This document shows, one piece after another, positions 34,868 through 45,127 of a stretch of DNA of 64,000 nt. Both the position numbers and the translations under genes were made by a program. How positions within the stretch are numbered: position 1 is the first letter of the stretch; each line of letters begins with the position of its first letter. This DNA is from Naegleria gruberi (lineage: Eukaryota), in NCBI GenBank assembly GCA_000004985.1, contig GG738845.1; one strand, given 5' to 3'. The notes beneath the pieces were generated by a model. The model saw only the letters and a list, made by a program, of their open reading frames with translations, was not told where the DNA came from and ran no database searches.

Positions 34868-35855
34868 GGCTGCGGAGGAGGATGTTATATTGGCTAGTGT
34901 TGAGATTTGTAGATGGATTCAAAAGCTCTGAGTACTCCATTGATGTGAAGTTGTGTTTTTTGTTGGTTTTTAATGATGGCAATGACTAGAAGAAAGAACA
35001 TAGATGAGCGAGTAAAGCTCGTCAGTGTAGATCGTTCGTTATTGGTTGGGAAGTTTTTTTGTTGTGTGTTGTTGGTGGTTCAAGGGTTGATTTCTTTGGA
35101 AAGAATAGACCTTTACTGGCCCAATTTATTATCGTTGCAACACTGGTTGAAGACAGAGAGTGTCCTTGACAATTCCATCGATTATCTTTTGGGTAATGGT
35201 GTTTTTGTGGTTTGAGATAATTTTGTTTAAGAAACTAACCAATCACATTATTCATTGTAAAATACACAACAAAAATTGAACCCAAATCATGTTTCAGATT
35301 TCTTATTATCAAGCAATGTGATATGACAGAACTATTTATTAATAATTTACATAAAATGTGATTCAAAATTTAAAACTCAAGAAAGATATTCTTCATAGTC
35401 TTCCTTCGAACTGTTAGAGAGGGATTAATTTAGAGTGATGAGGAAAAGCTATAAACGAAATAAACAATCAAGCTAATGATGGAGAGGTAAATAAAATCTA
35501 TTTAACAAGTCCGATTATTAATTATTAAAATATAATTGTTATTAAATTATCAATATCAACAACAACACATACTCATCAAAATAATTTCCCACGGTTCCAA
35601 CATGTAGTTAACACTCATAATTTGATAGTGTTTGAATTTTCTCTGAAGAAAGCCGATCATCTTGTTGCAATTTTTTATTTGATTTTAATGTCCTTGCTGC
35701 GAAAGGCAAACAGAAAAGTTATCGTTGAAAGTAATATCCTCTATCACCCTTCAACTAATTGGATGATAGAATTGTCGGTTCATGTAAGGAACGAGTAATA
35801 AGAAGAGCAAGATATAAGTAATTGGAGGAAACAACATTAAATAGATGATAAATAT

Positions 35856-35866
35856 TTCCCGCCAAG
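35856..35866 (+). promoter_or_regulatory. E2F-like motif TTTCCCGCCAAG, 29-39 bp upstream of the GAS8/DRC4 ATG
   Basis: Seen in the sequence as aatatttcccgccaagtg. It is a perfect match to TTTCCCGC. Confidence 0.5.
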
Positions 35867-35894
35867 TGTTATTTACGAAAAAACATCAAAAAAA

Positions 35895-37295
35895 ATGAGC
35901 TCAAACCGAAGACCCAACAATAATAACACAGCACCTCCCCAACCCACAACAGCCGCTGCTAATCCAGCTGATGCTAAGAATTATGAAGAGTTGAAGGCGG
36001 AATTGGAGGAGACAAAGAGAAATAGAAATTACTACCAATTGGAAAGGGATAGAATAAATTCCTTCTGGGATATTACAAAGAAGGAAGTGGAAAATCTCAA
36101 GGGCGAGGTAAGGAACATGCAGAGGGAGATGGAAGAAAATGAAGAAAGACATCAGGTAGAATTAAAAGTGTACAAACAAAAAGTTAGACATCTTCTCTAT
36201 GAACAAAAGATCACCATTGATAGATTAAAAATTGAAAGTGAGAATGCTTTAAAGATCCAAGCTGATGAATTTAGGCAAAAATTAGCTCAATTGAAATCGG
36301 ATAAGAGAAAATTAAAAAGAGAACTCCACTCTATGGAAATAGCTTACCAAGAAGAAATCAAGGGGCTTAAAACGAATCAAGACAAAAACTTGACAAAACA
36401 AACTGAGACATTTGCAAGAAAACTTAAAGAGACCCAACTGAAATATGAAATGAAAATGAAAAAATTAAGAGAAGATTTAGAATTGAGAGGGAGAAAAGAA
36501 ACTGAAGAAATTGAAGAAAGAAAAAATACTCACATCAAACAATTAATGGAAAAACACAAACTTGCCTTTCAACAAATGAAGGATTACTATATAACTATTA
36601 CTAGAAATAACTTGGAATTAATCAAAACTCTGAAAGATGAAGCTGCACTGATGAAACAGGAAGAAGCAGACAATGAAAAACTCATGTTGGAAATTGCTCA
36701 AGACAATAAGAGATTGAGTGAACCTCTTGTTAAGGCTCTGGCAGAAGTTAAAAAGCTCAGAAATGAATTGGCCAACTACCAAAAGGACAAGCTATCTCTC
36801 AAAAATGCCAAGAGCAGGCTGGTCATGATGGAAGATCAATTGAAGAAATTGAAATGGGAACATGAGATTTTAGAACAAAGCCATAAGCAAGTGCACAGAG
36901 AACGTGACGATCTTTACGATAAGTTTGAAAAAACTATTCATGAAGTTCAACAAAAAACACTGTTCAAGAATCAAGTTCTTGAAACAAAGGTTTATGCACT
37001 TCAAGAAACTTTGGAAAAGAAGGATGCCCAAATTCATGAAATACTCAAAGCTTGTAACATAGATGAACACACAGCCGAAGAAATCTCTGAAGGTCTTGAT
37101 AATGTCATTGAAGAAAAGAACAACACGATACGAGAACTCAAATTTGAAATTGAAAAGATGAAGAAGAGTTATAATGATTTGATACGAGTAATTAATGCCA
37201 AGATGCAACAGTATGGAATTGAGGATGAGTTAGGTATTGAACCAATCGCTAACGTTGTTGATGAAGGTGTCCCAGGTAGAGTATGGGTAAAATAA
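35895..37295 (+). CDS. GAS8/DRC4, nexin-dynein regulatory complex subunit 4 (axonemal)
   Basis: Single 466-aa coiled-coil ORF. It contains RNYYQLERDRINSFWDITKK...EERHQVELKVYKQKVRHLLYE, close to the human GAS8 segment [41 protein letters not shown]. Collinear similarity continues through the C-terminus: KWEHEILEQ.., ELYDKF..IHEVQQKT.FKN.VLE.K. Confidence 0.85.
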   Translation: MSSNRRPNNNNTAPPQPTTAAANPADAKNYEELKAELEETKRNRNYYQLERDRINSFWDITKKEVENLKGEVRNMQREMEENEERHQVELKVYKQKVRHLLYEQKITIDRLKIESENALKIQADEFRQKLAQLKSDKRKLKRELHSMEIAYQEEIKGLKTNQDKNLTKQTETFARKLKETQLKYEMKMKKLREDLELRGRKETEEIEERKNTHIKQLMEKHKLAFQQMKDYYITITRNNLELIKTLKDEAALMKQEEADNEKLMLEIAQDNKRLSEPLVKALAEVKKLRNELANYQKDKLSLKNAKSRLVMMEDQLKKLKWEHEILEQSHKQVHRERDDLYDKFEKTIHEVQQKTLFKNQVLETKVYALQETLEKKDAQIHEILKACNIDEHTAEEISEGLDNVIEEKNNTIRELKFEIEKMKKSYNDLIRVINAKMQQYGIEDELGIEPIANVVDEGVPGRVWVK

Positions 37296-37401
37296 GTAGC
37301 ACTAAATTCAACAAACACTAGGTTTTTTATCTTGTAAATAAAGTTAACAATTGTTATTGATTGACTATTTGCAGAATAATTGTTTTTCTATTATTAAAAA
37401 A

Positions 37402-38209
37402 ATGACAATACATCATACTTCTGATGGTATCAGAGAGGGTTATCAATTTAAAGATCCCTATATTAAAAATCTATTTAATATGATTGCAAAACAATCACCT
37501 TGTTTTCCAATTGAACCTGATCATGTTCAAGTTATCGAAACACCATCACAATTTTATGATGATTTATTGGAGGGAATTAAACATGCAAAAGACAGAGTTG
37601 TATTGAGTAGTTTATATCTAGGAACAGGAGAACAAGAGAAGAAAATTATTCAAGTCTAAGGACTCTTCTATAGCTCTCACTAGCGCCTATTTTAACTTTA
37701 CAGATGAATATATGGAAAGAGTATTGACTACACCATGTACAGACATTTCAATACTCACTGCCTCACCGGCTGCAAATGGATTTTTTACAGCAACTGGCAT
37801 TTCAAAGAATATTCCAATGGCATATGATACTATGGAGCAATCATTTTTTTCTGCAGTTGAGAGAAATCAAAAATTGGGATCCATCAAATTATTCGAATAC
37901 AATAGAGAGAAGTGGACTTTCCATGCCAAAGGATTGTGGCTCTATTCTCCAAACAAAACTATTAATGCACCATTTCTAACCATGATTGGAAGTAGTAATT
38001 TTGGACAACGATCAACAGAAAGAGATGTCGAATCTCAAATAATTTTAATGACTGAGGATGAAAAGTTAATGCAAACATTAGAGAAGGAGAGACAAGGTCT
38101 CGCCAATTACTCCAAACTTGTAACAAGAGCTACTTTTGCCTCTCCTGAGAGAAAGATTGGCAAAGTTTCACAGTTTTTAGTTTCCAAGTTTTTCCATAAA
38201 TTCCTTTAA
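37402..38209 (+). CDS. PGS1-like (CDP-diacylglycerol--glycerol-3-phosphate phosphatidyltransferase) gene that lacks the first HKD domain. Model has two exons, 37402..37606 and 37674..38209.
   Basis: ORF 37351..37659 gives the PGS1 N-terminal segment ..IKHAKDRVVLSSLYLGTGEQE. ORF 37712..38209, open from 37622 in its frame, gives the PGS1 C-terminal half: LTSAYFNFTDEYMERVL..WTFHAKGLWLY..MIGSSNFGQRS (second HKD). The two frames differ by +1. A GTAGTT..TATAG intron of about 67 nt, or a frameshift, is needed to join them. The ~280-aa region carrying HKD1 is absent. Confidence 0.5.
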
Positions 38210-38212
38210 TTT

Positions 38213-41200
38213 TTATTCCAAATCTTTGAAATACTTTTCCATCTCGGCACTAGCTTTGAGATTCTTTGGATTTAATGGATAAGGATACAAATCGCCCTTA
38301 AGAGTCTTTCTCAAGTATTTATAACCTTGCTTTCCATCAGCTTTAGAAATGATTACTTTTGATAAAGTACCTTCAGGTAAGCACATTGAAGTAATTACGT
38401 GACCTCCTCTCTTGAGTGGAGTATCAGTAATACGAGGCCATCTAAATGATTGAAGAGAAAATTCTCTTGCATAACCTCTCAATTCCTTTCTAAGTGCAAT
38501 TTCCTTTTCCACAACAGAATCTGGAAGTTGCTCTCTTATTTGTTTCTTTCTCATTTCTTCTTCTTCTTCTTTTTCTACTTGCTCTCCATATTTAAATCCA
38601 TCAAGTCCATGTCTCTTGAAAGCAATGAATGAGTAATTTTCATTTTCATATTGTTTTTTAGCTTGCTTGGTCAACTTTTGGAATTCTTCGCGCTCCACTC
38701 TTTGTGCAAAGTGACACCATTTTGGAGTGCCGGCCATTGGACAAACTGAATCATGAGGGCATGGGGCCAATATTGTTGGCTTATCATTAATGTTAATGTA
38801 TTTTTGTGTGAGTACTGTTGATCTAGCCTCTCTGATAAAATCAAATCCAACAGGTGTACCTGGTTCAATAATTATCAAAACACCAGATGTTAGTTTCCAC
38901 AGTGCCTTTACAATTCTTTCTCTTTCTTGAGAGTTAGACAATTCATTCATTACAAATGAGGCAACAACAAGGTCATATTGCTTACTAGAATGTTCATTCA
39001 AAAAACGTCTCCATGTAATGTGTGGTTTGTTGTTCATATATTCGAATAATCTGGAAGCAACGTCCATCATTGCAGTAGACGGTTCAACAGCCATCACTTC
39101 TTTCACACTTCCTCCAAAAGCTTCATGAGCTGCCCAAATGGTAGTACCTGGTCCAGTACCAAAATCAAGCATTGTCTTTGGTTCAAAGTCAGGCATTCTC
39201 ATTACAGCCTCTGAAAATACTCTATATGATGTACCATAGATGGCAGGAAGTCTGTGGGCAATATATGCAGCAGATTCCAACTCCTTATAAATAATTTGAG
39301 GATTATAAGTTCTATTAAATTCCTCTTCACTATCCTTTTTCATCTTTTCAATATCAATAGGTCTCTTCTTTTTTTTTGAGGTTTCCTTGTAACTTCTCAA
39401 ATGTTTGAGAACTTCCAATTGTTCCCTGAATAATTCATCTTCAGGACTTTCATCCTTATTCAATTTCTTTTCTTCATCAGATCTGCTGAAAACTTTTGGA
39501 TTCTTATCCAAGCCATTAGTTCTCAATCTAAAGGCAGCACTTAGAATTTGAGCAGTTCTTTGAATCAAATTCTTTGGATATTCAGATACAATCTCAGATA
39601 CACCCTCAACAAGTTCTGGAGGAAGACTAATAGAACCAATACTCATATTGGCTATTTCCTTTCTAAGCTTATCCTCGTTTTCTTTTGTAGATTTCTTCAA
39701 GTATGGGTGTATATCCTCTGAAAACATTGCATATTCTGATTTGGTTTCATATTCAGATAATAGTAAATTCTTTTCTTCCAACGATTGGAAAATTTGGTTT
39801 GGGTCATCATCCCCCAAGTATTCATCCAAAAGATTCGAAATTGGTGTCTCATTCTCTTCATTTTCCAATTCGTCTTGCAGTTTATCATAAGCTGTAGTTT
39901 TTTCTATTTTTTTAGGTTGAGTTTTTTCCTTCTTCTTTTTAATGATTTCATCATCTTTAAGAATGGTATTAAGATCTGAAATATCATATCCATATTCTAA
40001 AAAGTAGTTTTTAGCATCTATCAATTTCTTCTCCAAATCTCTCTCATCAAAATTTGAGCTTTCCAAATCTACCTCATCCTTGGTACTTTCATCAACTAGT
40101 AAATCTCTTAGAGGTATTCTTCCCTTTGATCCTGCAACTATAAGTGGTTTCGTTTGGTCCTTATTGGTGGCATTTTTAACCTTTTCCACAACTTTCTTTG
40201 TATTGGTTCCAATTGGGTAGAGGATTAATATTTTTCTACCATGATTGTTTTGTATTACTGGTGAGTATCCCTTTAATTCCCATTGTTTGTTAAATTCAAC
40301 TGGATTTGACATGGCATTACTATATTGTTCATCTGTTAAATTCAAGATGGTTGTGGAGAATGTTGGACTAGATTCATTTTGATCCACTTCTGGTTTTTCT
40401 TTACTTGAGTCCATTGTTTCTTTGTGAGCTAATTCTTCATAACTAGATGGTTTCTTATTGACGGTGGAGAGTCTTTGGGATAATTTTTGGAGATCGGTCT
40501 TTTTGTGAGGTTTTGAGGAGAGCTTATCACTCTCAACAATTTCAATATTCTTTGGCAATTGTTTCTTTGGTCTTTCGACATCCTCTTCCTCTTCCTCAGT
40601 AATACTATTTACAAATTGTTTGAATGAAATATCTTCTTTTCCTCTCTTCTCCTCCTCTTCCTCTGGTACAGAATTCACATAGTCTTCGTATGCTTTTTTG
40701 AGTTCTGCCTTCTTTTTCTTTTTTTCTTCAATTTCCTCTGGTGTACTGTCCATGTCAGGGAGAAGAATATTTTCCAAATTGTATCTGACATCATGTTTAA
40801 TACCCCATTCAACAACTTTCGAGATGTCATCCTCAGTGTTTACCTTATTTTGTAAGAGGTTTGCAAATTTCTTATCTTGTAATTTAGTTGTTGTGTATTC
40901 TGCAACAGGCATTGAGCTTGTATCTATTTGATCTCGTTTAGGTTTGTTAACAAGAATTTTGAATGATGATTCATCTTTCTTTCTAGATTCCTCCTTTTTC
41001 TTTTCTAGTTCCTTTGCTTCCTTCAACCTGGATTCTTTCATCTCTTTCCTCAATTTTTGAACAAGTGCTACAACATCCTCTTCCTCCATATTATTTTTTC
41101 CATCAGTTACCTTTTGATTTGTGATAGTAGTGGTATTTGGTTGTTGTGGGTTGGATAATTTTGTGGTACTTTTTGGAATCTCTGAAGATACCTTCTTTTT

Positions 41201-41452
41201 CGTTTTGTTGCTGGCTTGTTCTATTTTCTTATTGTTGGATTTAGTTGTGTTCATTGGTTTGTTGTTACTATTCTTTTTAATTCCCGATGATTTTTCCATG
41301 GATGAAAGTAGAGAATCAATAGAAGATTTCTTCTCTAGAAAAAGTGTTGTAGAGAATAACCTATTGTTATTTCCAATCAGAGGCAATTTTCTAGAAAGAG
41401 GCAATCCCGACAAGGAAGCTACTACTGATGACTTTCCAACGAATCTCTTCAT
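38213..41452 (-). CDS. Rsm22/METTL17-family mitochondrial small-subunit methyltransferase-like protein with a long Lys/Glu-rich N-terminal extension
   Basis: The C-terminal half contains LDFGTGPGTTIWAAHEAFG (SAM-binding), then VVASFVMNELSNSQERERIV, then the Cys cluster ILAPCPHDSVCP..KWCHFAQRV typical of Rsm22/METTL17. The N-terminal ~550 aa are low-complexity K/E-rich. Confidence 0.65.
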   Translation of the reverse strand: MKRFVGKSSVVASLSGLPLSRKLPLIGNNNRLFSTTLFLEKKSSIDSLLSSMEKSSGIKKNSNNKPMNTTKSNNKKIEQASNKTKKKVSSEIPKSTTKLSNPQQPNTTTITNQKVTDGKNNMEEEDVVALVQKLRKEMKESRLKEAKELEKKKEESRKKDESSFKILVNKPKRDQIDTSSMPVAEYTTTKLQDKKFANLLQNKVNTEDDISKVVEWGIKHDVRYNLENILLPDMDSTPEEIEEKKKKKAELKKAYEDYVNSVPEEEEEKRGKEDISFKQFVNSITEEEEEDVERPKKQLPKNIEIVESDKLSSKPHKKTDLQKLSQRLSTVNKKPSSYEELAHKETMDSSKEKPEVDQNESSPTFSTTILNLTDEQYSNAMSNPVEFNKQWELKGYSPVIQNNHGRKILILYPIGTNTKKVVEKVKNATNKDQTKPLIVAGSKGRIPLRDLLVDESTKDEVDLESSNFDERDLEKKLIDAKNYFLEYGYDISDLNTILKDDEIIKKKKEKTQPKKIEKTTAYDKLQDELENEENETPISNLLDEYLGDDDPNQIFQSLEEKNLLLSEYETKSEYAMFSEDIHPYLKKSTKENEDKLRKEIANMSIGSISLPPELVEGVSEIVSEYPKNLIQRTAQILSAAFRLRTNGLDKNPKVFSRSDEEKKLNKDESPEDELFREQLEVLKHLRSYKETSKKKKRPIDIEKMKKDSEEEFNRTYNPQIIYKELESAAYIAHRLPAIYGTSYRVFSEAVMRMPDFEPKTMLDFGTGPGTTIWAAHEAFGGSVKEVMAVEPSTAMMDVASRLFEYMNNKPHITWRRFLNEHSSKQYDLVVASFVMNELSNSQERERIVKALWKLTSGVLIIIEPGTPVGFDFIREARSTVLTQKYININDKPTILAPCPHDSVCPMAGTPKWCHFAQRVEREEFQKLTKQAKKQYENENYSFIAFKRHGLDGFKYGEQVEKEEEEEMRKKQIREQLPDSVVEKEIALRKELRGYAREFSLQSFRWPRITDTPLKRGGHVITSMCLPEGTLSKVIISKADGKQGYKYLRKTLKGDLYPYPLNPKNLKASAEMEKYFKDLE

Positions 41453-41582
41453 TTTTTTTGATGTGAATATTGACTTGAAGAAATTATTGTAGAAAGTATC
41501 ACTCTAGGCCTTTATTGTCTTTGTCACATCTACTGCAAGGTGGAGCAGCTTGATAAAATACACAACACTGTTAATTTACAAT

Positions 41583-43382
41583 TTAAAGATCTCCATCGTT
41601 TGGATCTTTTTGATTCTTATATTTGTGGAATAATCTCAATGTTTCCAGTGTTCTGGCAAATCTTTCTTTGGGATCTGAAATATGTGGACCATCAGATTCA
41701 TTCTCTCTTTCTGGAGATTTAGATGGTGAAGGTTCAACCTCTTTCTTTGGAGACCAACTCGTGTTTGGAATGTCAGTGTCCAATTCATACTGCTTAATAA
41801 TGGCAAAAATTTGGTCATCTGTCAAACTAAAGTTACTGTCAGAAGTACCTGCACTAATATTGTCATCATCTCCAAAGTAAGAATCATCATCCTTATGGAT
41901 AATACCTTGGCCTCTTTTTTGGTAAAAATTATGAAGGAAAGTTTCTCTGAACTTCTCCTTCTTTTCGAGACCTTCTAGACCTTGCTTATATAGCCTATCA
42001 CCGAAAGGTTCAGATCTTTTCAAGTTGGAAGCCTTACTTGTGATATTAGGGTTGTGTTGGGCTTTCTCTTGCTTGATGTAAGACTCTATATATTTTCGTT
42101 TCTTATGGTTTTTGATGAACTCCCATTCGTAATTCCTCTCAAAAACGTCGTTTGAGGTCTGAAATGTGCTTGGTGTCTTTTTTGTTTGTTCTGCTATCTT
42201 TCTGGATCTACTACTTAAATTTGGTCTGAATGTACATCCATCAACTTCCTTTTGTTTAACTTGATCCTTTAGGCTTTTGAGGCGTTCTTTCTTTTCTTCT
42301 CTCCAATTAAGAAGAACTGTCACATCTCTATTCATCTTTTGAGACTTTTTAGTTATTTCAGGTTTGAATTTTAGCTCATTCTCCTCAATTTTGGAAAATT
42401 CTTGTTTCTTCTTTTCAATATGTTTCATCTTTTCTACTACAAAGGTGGATACTCTGTCGTCAAGTGTACTTCCTGGAGAGATCAATTGTCGTGATCTTTC
42501 ATTGATAACTGGTTGAAATGTATTATTCTTACAATAGTCCTCCTCTCTTTCATTAACAATTTTCTCTATTTTCTTTGCCTTTTTTTCGTATGGTCTATTT
42601 AATCTTTGCGCCAACTCGTCCCACTTTTCTTGACCAACTTCCTTCTTTGGTTTCTCTTCATTGATTTCACTGTTTATCTTATTCAATATGTAAATGGTTT
42701 CGTTTGGATCTTCTGTTTGGTTTAAATGCTCTCTAAAGGCGGATATAGATCTTTGCATTCTTGACTTAATGCTTGGAGCGACTGACTCCCATACGGGGCC
42801 TAACACAGCATCCTTCTTAGGTGAATCTTCCTTGTTTTTAGAATGACTCTCTAGATAACTTTTAAAATCTACAACACTACTGTTCATATTTTGCAATCCT
42901 ATTTTCGATAAATTATGTGAAATTCTAGAGTTACTAATCTCCAATGCCTTGCTATTATTTAAATCTGTATCTCCGAGAAGCTTTACCAATTGATTCACTG
43001 CTAATTCAAATTCATGATCACCAACATCAACTTGATCCGAATTTTCTTCCATTGTTGAAAGTTTCTGAACAAATTCATCATCAGACATGTCTTGGTAAAG
43101 TCCTAGCTGTTGAAATAACCTAGATGTATTCTTAGGGGAGTCTCTTCTCTCTGATAAAGGATTTCCTGGGCTTAATTGTATTGTTAAATTATTCTTATTA
43201 ATAGGAGAGGGTGGGCTTAAGGCCTTATTATTTGTAAGCTCTCCATCAGACTCATAATTCCTAACTTTTGATAAGGCGTTGTTACGAACGCTTAGTTTGA
43301 ACAAATCGGTCTGATTATGACTCATTAGCGTAACGGTATTTTTTTTAAGGTAATACTGTGCAATGTTGTAACTTGGTTGCAA
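41583..43382 (-). CDS. Hypothetical protein of 599 aa with repeated F-x-P motifs
   Basis: Single ORF. It contains TFQPVINERSRQL and TFRPNLSSRSRKIAE in charged, low-complexity context. No domain was confidently recognised. Confidence 0.4.
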   Translation of the reverse strand: MQPSYNIAQYYLKKNTVTLMSHNQTDLFKLSVRNNALSKVRNYESDGELTNNKALSPPSPINKNNLTIQLSPGNPLSERRDSPKNTSRLFQQLGLYQDMSDDEFVQKLSTMEENSDQVDVGDHEFELAVNQLVKLLGDTDLNNSKALEISNSRISHNLSKIGLQNMNSSVVDFKSYLESHSKNKEDSPKKDAVLGPVWESVAPSIKSRMQRSISAFREHLNQTEDPNETIYILNKINSEINEEKPKKEVGQEKWDELAQRLNRPYEKKAKKIEKIVNEREEDYCKNNTFQPVINERSRQLISPGSTLDDRVSTFVVEKMKHIEKKKQEFSKIEENELKFKPEITKKSQKMNRDVTVLLNWREEKKERLKSLKDQVKQKEVDGCTFRPNLSSRSRKIAEQTKKTPSTFQTSNDVFERNYEWEFIKNHKKRKYIESYIKQEKAQHNPNITSKASNLKRSEPFGDRLYKQGLEGLEKKEKFRETFLHNFYQKRGQGIIHKDDDSYFGDDDNISAGTSDSNFSLTDDQIFAIIKQYELDTDIPNTSWSPKKEVEPSPSKSPERENESDGPHISDPKERFARTLETLRLFHKYKNQKDPNDGDL

Positions 43383-43557
43383 GATTAAATATTTGGGATA
43401 AAATGGTCAAGTCTTCAAATACTCCCCTATGCATCCTTTTGGTGATTTTCAACTTTTTTTGACCAGGTAATGTTCTGTTAACAATAAACATATGATGTTA
43501 TTATGTTTCAAATAATAAATAATATTATCCAATGGAACAAATAACATTAAATAAAAA

Positions 43558-44340
43558 ATGGACAGAAAATCATCATCAATGATGTTCGATCCAATCATCA
43601 CAACAGACGTCGATGACTTGGTGGAGGAAGAAGAAAACGATCAATTATTAGCAACAAAAACATGGAGAGATGAACTCTTCTTACGTTTTAGACCAATAGT
43701 TAATGAGGATACAGCATTGGAGTATTTTTGCAATAGATCAAACCCTTTCTATTCGAAAAAGTCTGTCAATGAAACACTCCGAATGCAACAAACAGGAGGT
43801 ATCATTGATAGGAATGCTCTCCTAGAATCAACAGAGGGTATTCGATATTCTGTTGACTCTAAACGATCAAAACCTCCTTCCCTCTTCATCATTAAAAAAG
43901 AGAAGGTGGAAAAGAAGGATAGGAATGCTCCAAAATTATTGAATTTGTACTATATAGCTGCGGAAGCTGGTGTTGTTTATCAGTCACCTTCTGTTTATGA
44001 CGTGATACAAGCAAGATCTTTTAATTCTCTTTCTCTGTTGAATCAAACTTTCAAGGAAATACAACCTCATGTTGAATACACAACAAATGATGTGACTGTT
44101 CTCTCTAGTCCATTAGCAAAAAAGGATGGAAACAAATCGGAGGAAGAGGATCGTTTTGTTGTTGCCAACTTACCTCCTTATTCTGTAGAGATGCAAAACC
44201 ATGTTTCCCGACTTATCGACCTGTTAGATATTGACACAAACACATTGATACAAAACAAACAAAACAAGAATGCCTTCCAAATTCAACCATCAATAGATCC
44301 AAATTATCAACAACCTGCCACAATAAAGGAAGAGCATTGA
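43558..44340 (+). CDS. Mediator complex subunit MED6
   Basis: LEYFCNRSNPFYS, PPSLFIIKKEK and LYYIAAEAGVVYQSPSVYDV match the MED6 signature segments LDYFSERSNPFYD, EPILFIIRKQQR and YYIIAGVIYQAP. Confidence 0.7.
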   Translation: MDRKSSSMMFDPIITTDVDDLVEEEENDQLLATKTWRDELFLRFRPIVNEDTALEYFCNRSNPFYSKKSVNETLRMQQTGGIIDRNALLESTEGIRYSVDSKRSKPPSLFIIKKEKVEKKDRNAPKLLNLYYIAAEAGVVYQSPSVYDVIQARSFNSLSLLNQTFKEIQPHVEYTTNDVTVLSSPLAKKDGNKSEEEDRFVVANLPPYSVEMQNHVSRLIDLLDIDTNTLIQNKQNKNAFQIQPSIDPNYQQPATIKEEH

Positions 44341-44385
44341 GAATTGAATTATTAATTATTTGAAATTTGAATAATACTTTAAAAA

Positions 44386-44868
44386 ATGTCACCACAAGAG
44401 GAAAGTGTGGAGGATAATTCTGATGATAATAGTGTTGATGATGATAATGCAAAGTCTGACACAACACACAACAGCAATGACACTATTGGAGGTGATGATA
44501 CAACTACCAATCAAGAGGATATCCATAGAAGAAATGATCGCTTGATGGCTAAACAATTCCGAAAGTCAGCCATCGAAACTATTGACGAGAAGAGAGAATT
44601 ATTTATTGAATATAAGAAGGAACAAAAAGGAAGAATGATTTCTTTTCTCACATGTATTTTAACAGATCCTCTTACCCCAATATTTAATCAATTCTTTAAC
44701 GAATATTTGACTCCGATCAACTTTTCAATCTTTGAGGGGATTCAAGCTGAACAAGTTAAGAAGCTCATAGTATCCCAAGAACAAATTGAAATGTTGCAAC
44801 ATGCCTTTCAGAAAGGGGATGAAGAAAAGAACATTTTTCAAATTCAAACAAAACCTAAAATGGAATGA
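44386..44868 (+). CDS. Hypothetical acidic protein of 160 aa
   Basis: ORF only. The N-terminus is D/S/N-rich and no domain was recognised. Confidence 0.3.
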   Translation: MSPQEESVEDNSDDNSVDDDNAKSDTTHNSNDTIGGDDTTTNQEDIHRRNDRLMAKQFRKSAIETIDEKRELFIEYKKEQKGRMISFLTCILTDPLTPIFNQFFNEYLTPINFSIFEGIQAEQVKKLIVSQEQIEMLQHAFQKGDEEKNIFQIQTKPKME

Positions 44869-45078
44869 TACAATTTTTCCCCATGGAAAAATAAGAGTTT
44901 TGTCAAATGTTGATTATATGAGATATTTAACAAGGGTATTATTTAAATCTCAAAAGGAAGAGATTGAAATCAATCATATTGTATGGACATTGAGTTTCAA
45001 TAGTAGTTACTGAAGAGTAGAGTACAAGAAAAAACCTCAAACAATCTTGAGAAGAATTATAAATGTAATAATTTTAAA

Positions 45079-45090
45079 ATCCCGCCAAAA
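45079..45090 (+). promoter_or_regulatory. E2F-like motif ATCCCGCCAAAA, 38-49 bp upstream of the ATG of the coiled-coil gene at 45128
   Basis: Seen in the sequence as aaaatcccgccaaaatt. Confidence 0.45.
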
Positions 45091-45127
45091 TTATTACATT
45101 TTGCACAAACTTTGACAAAAAAAACAT

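Noticed and set aside
34868-35894. An 80-aa ORF (34973..35215) and a ~1-kb gene-free stretch upstream of GAS8 and the RWP-RK gene, examined as a possible mobile element or ncRNA.
   Set aside because: The ORF has no recognisable domain and odd composition. There are no terminal repeats, RT, integrase or transposase motifs. This is most simply a long divergent promoter region.
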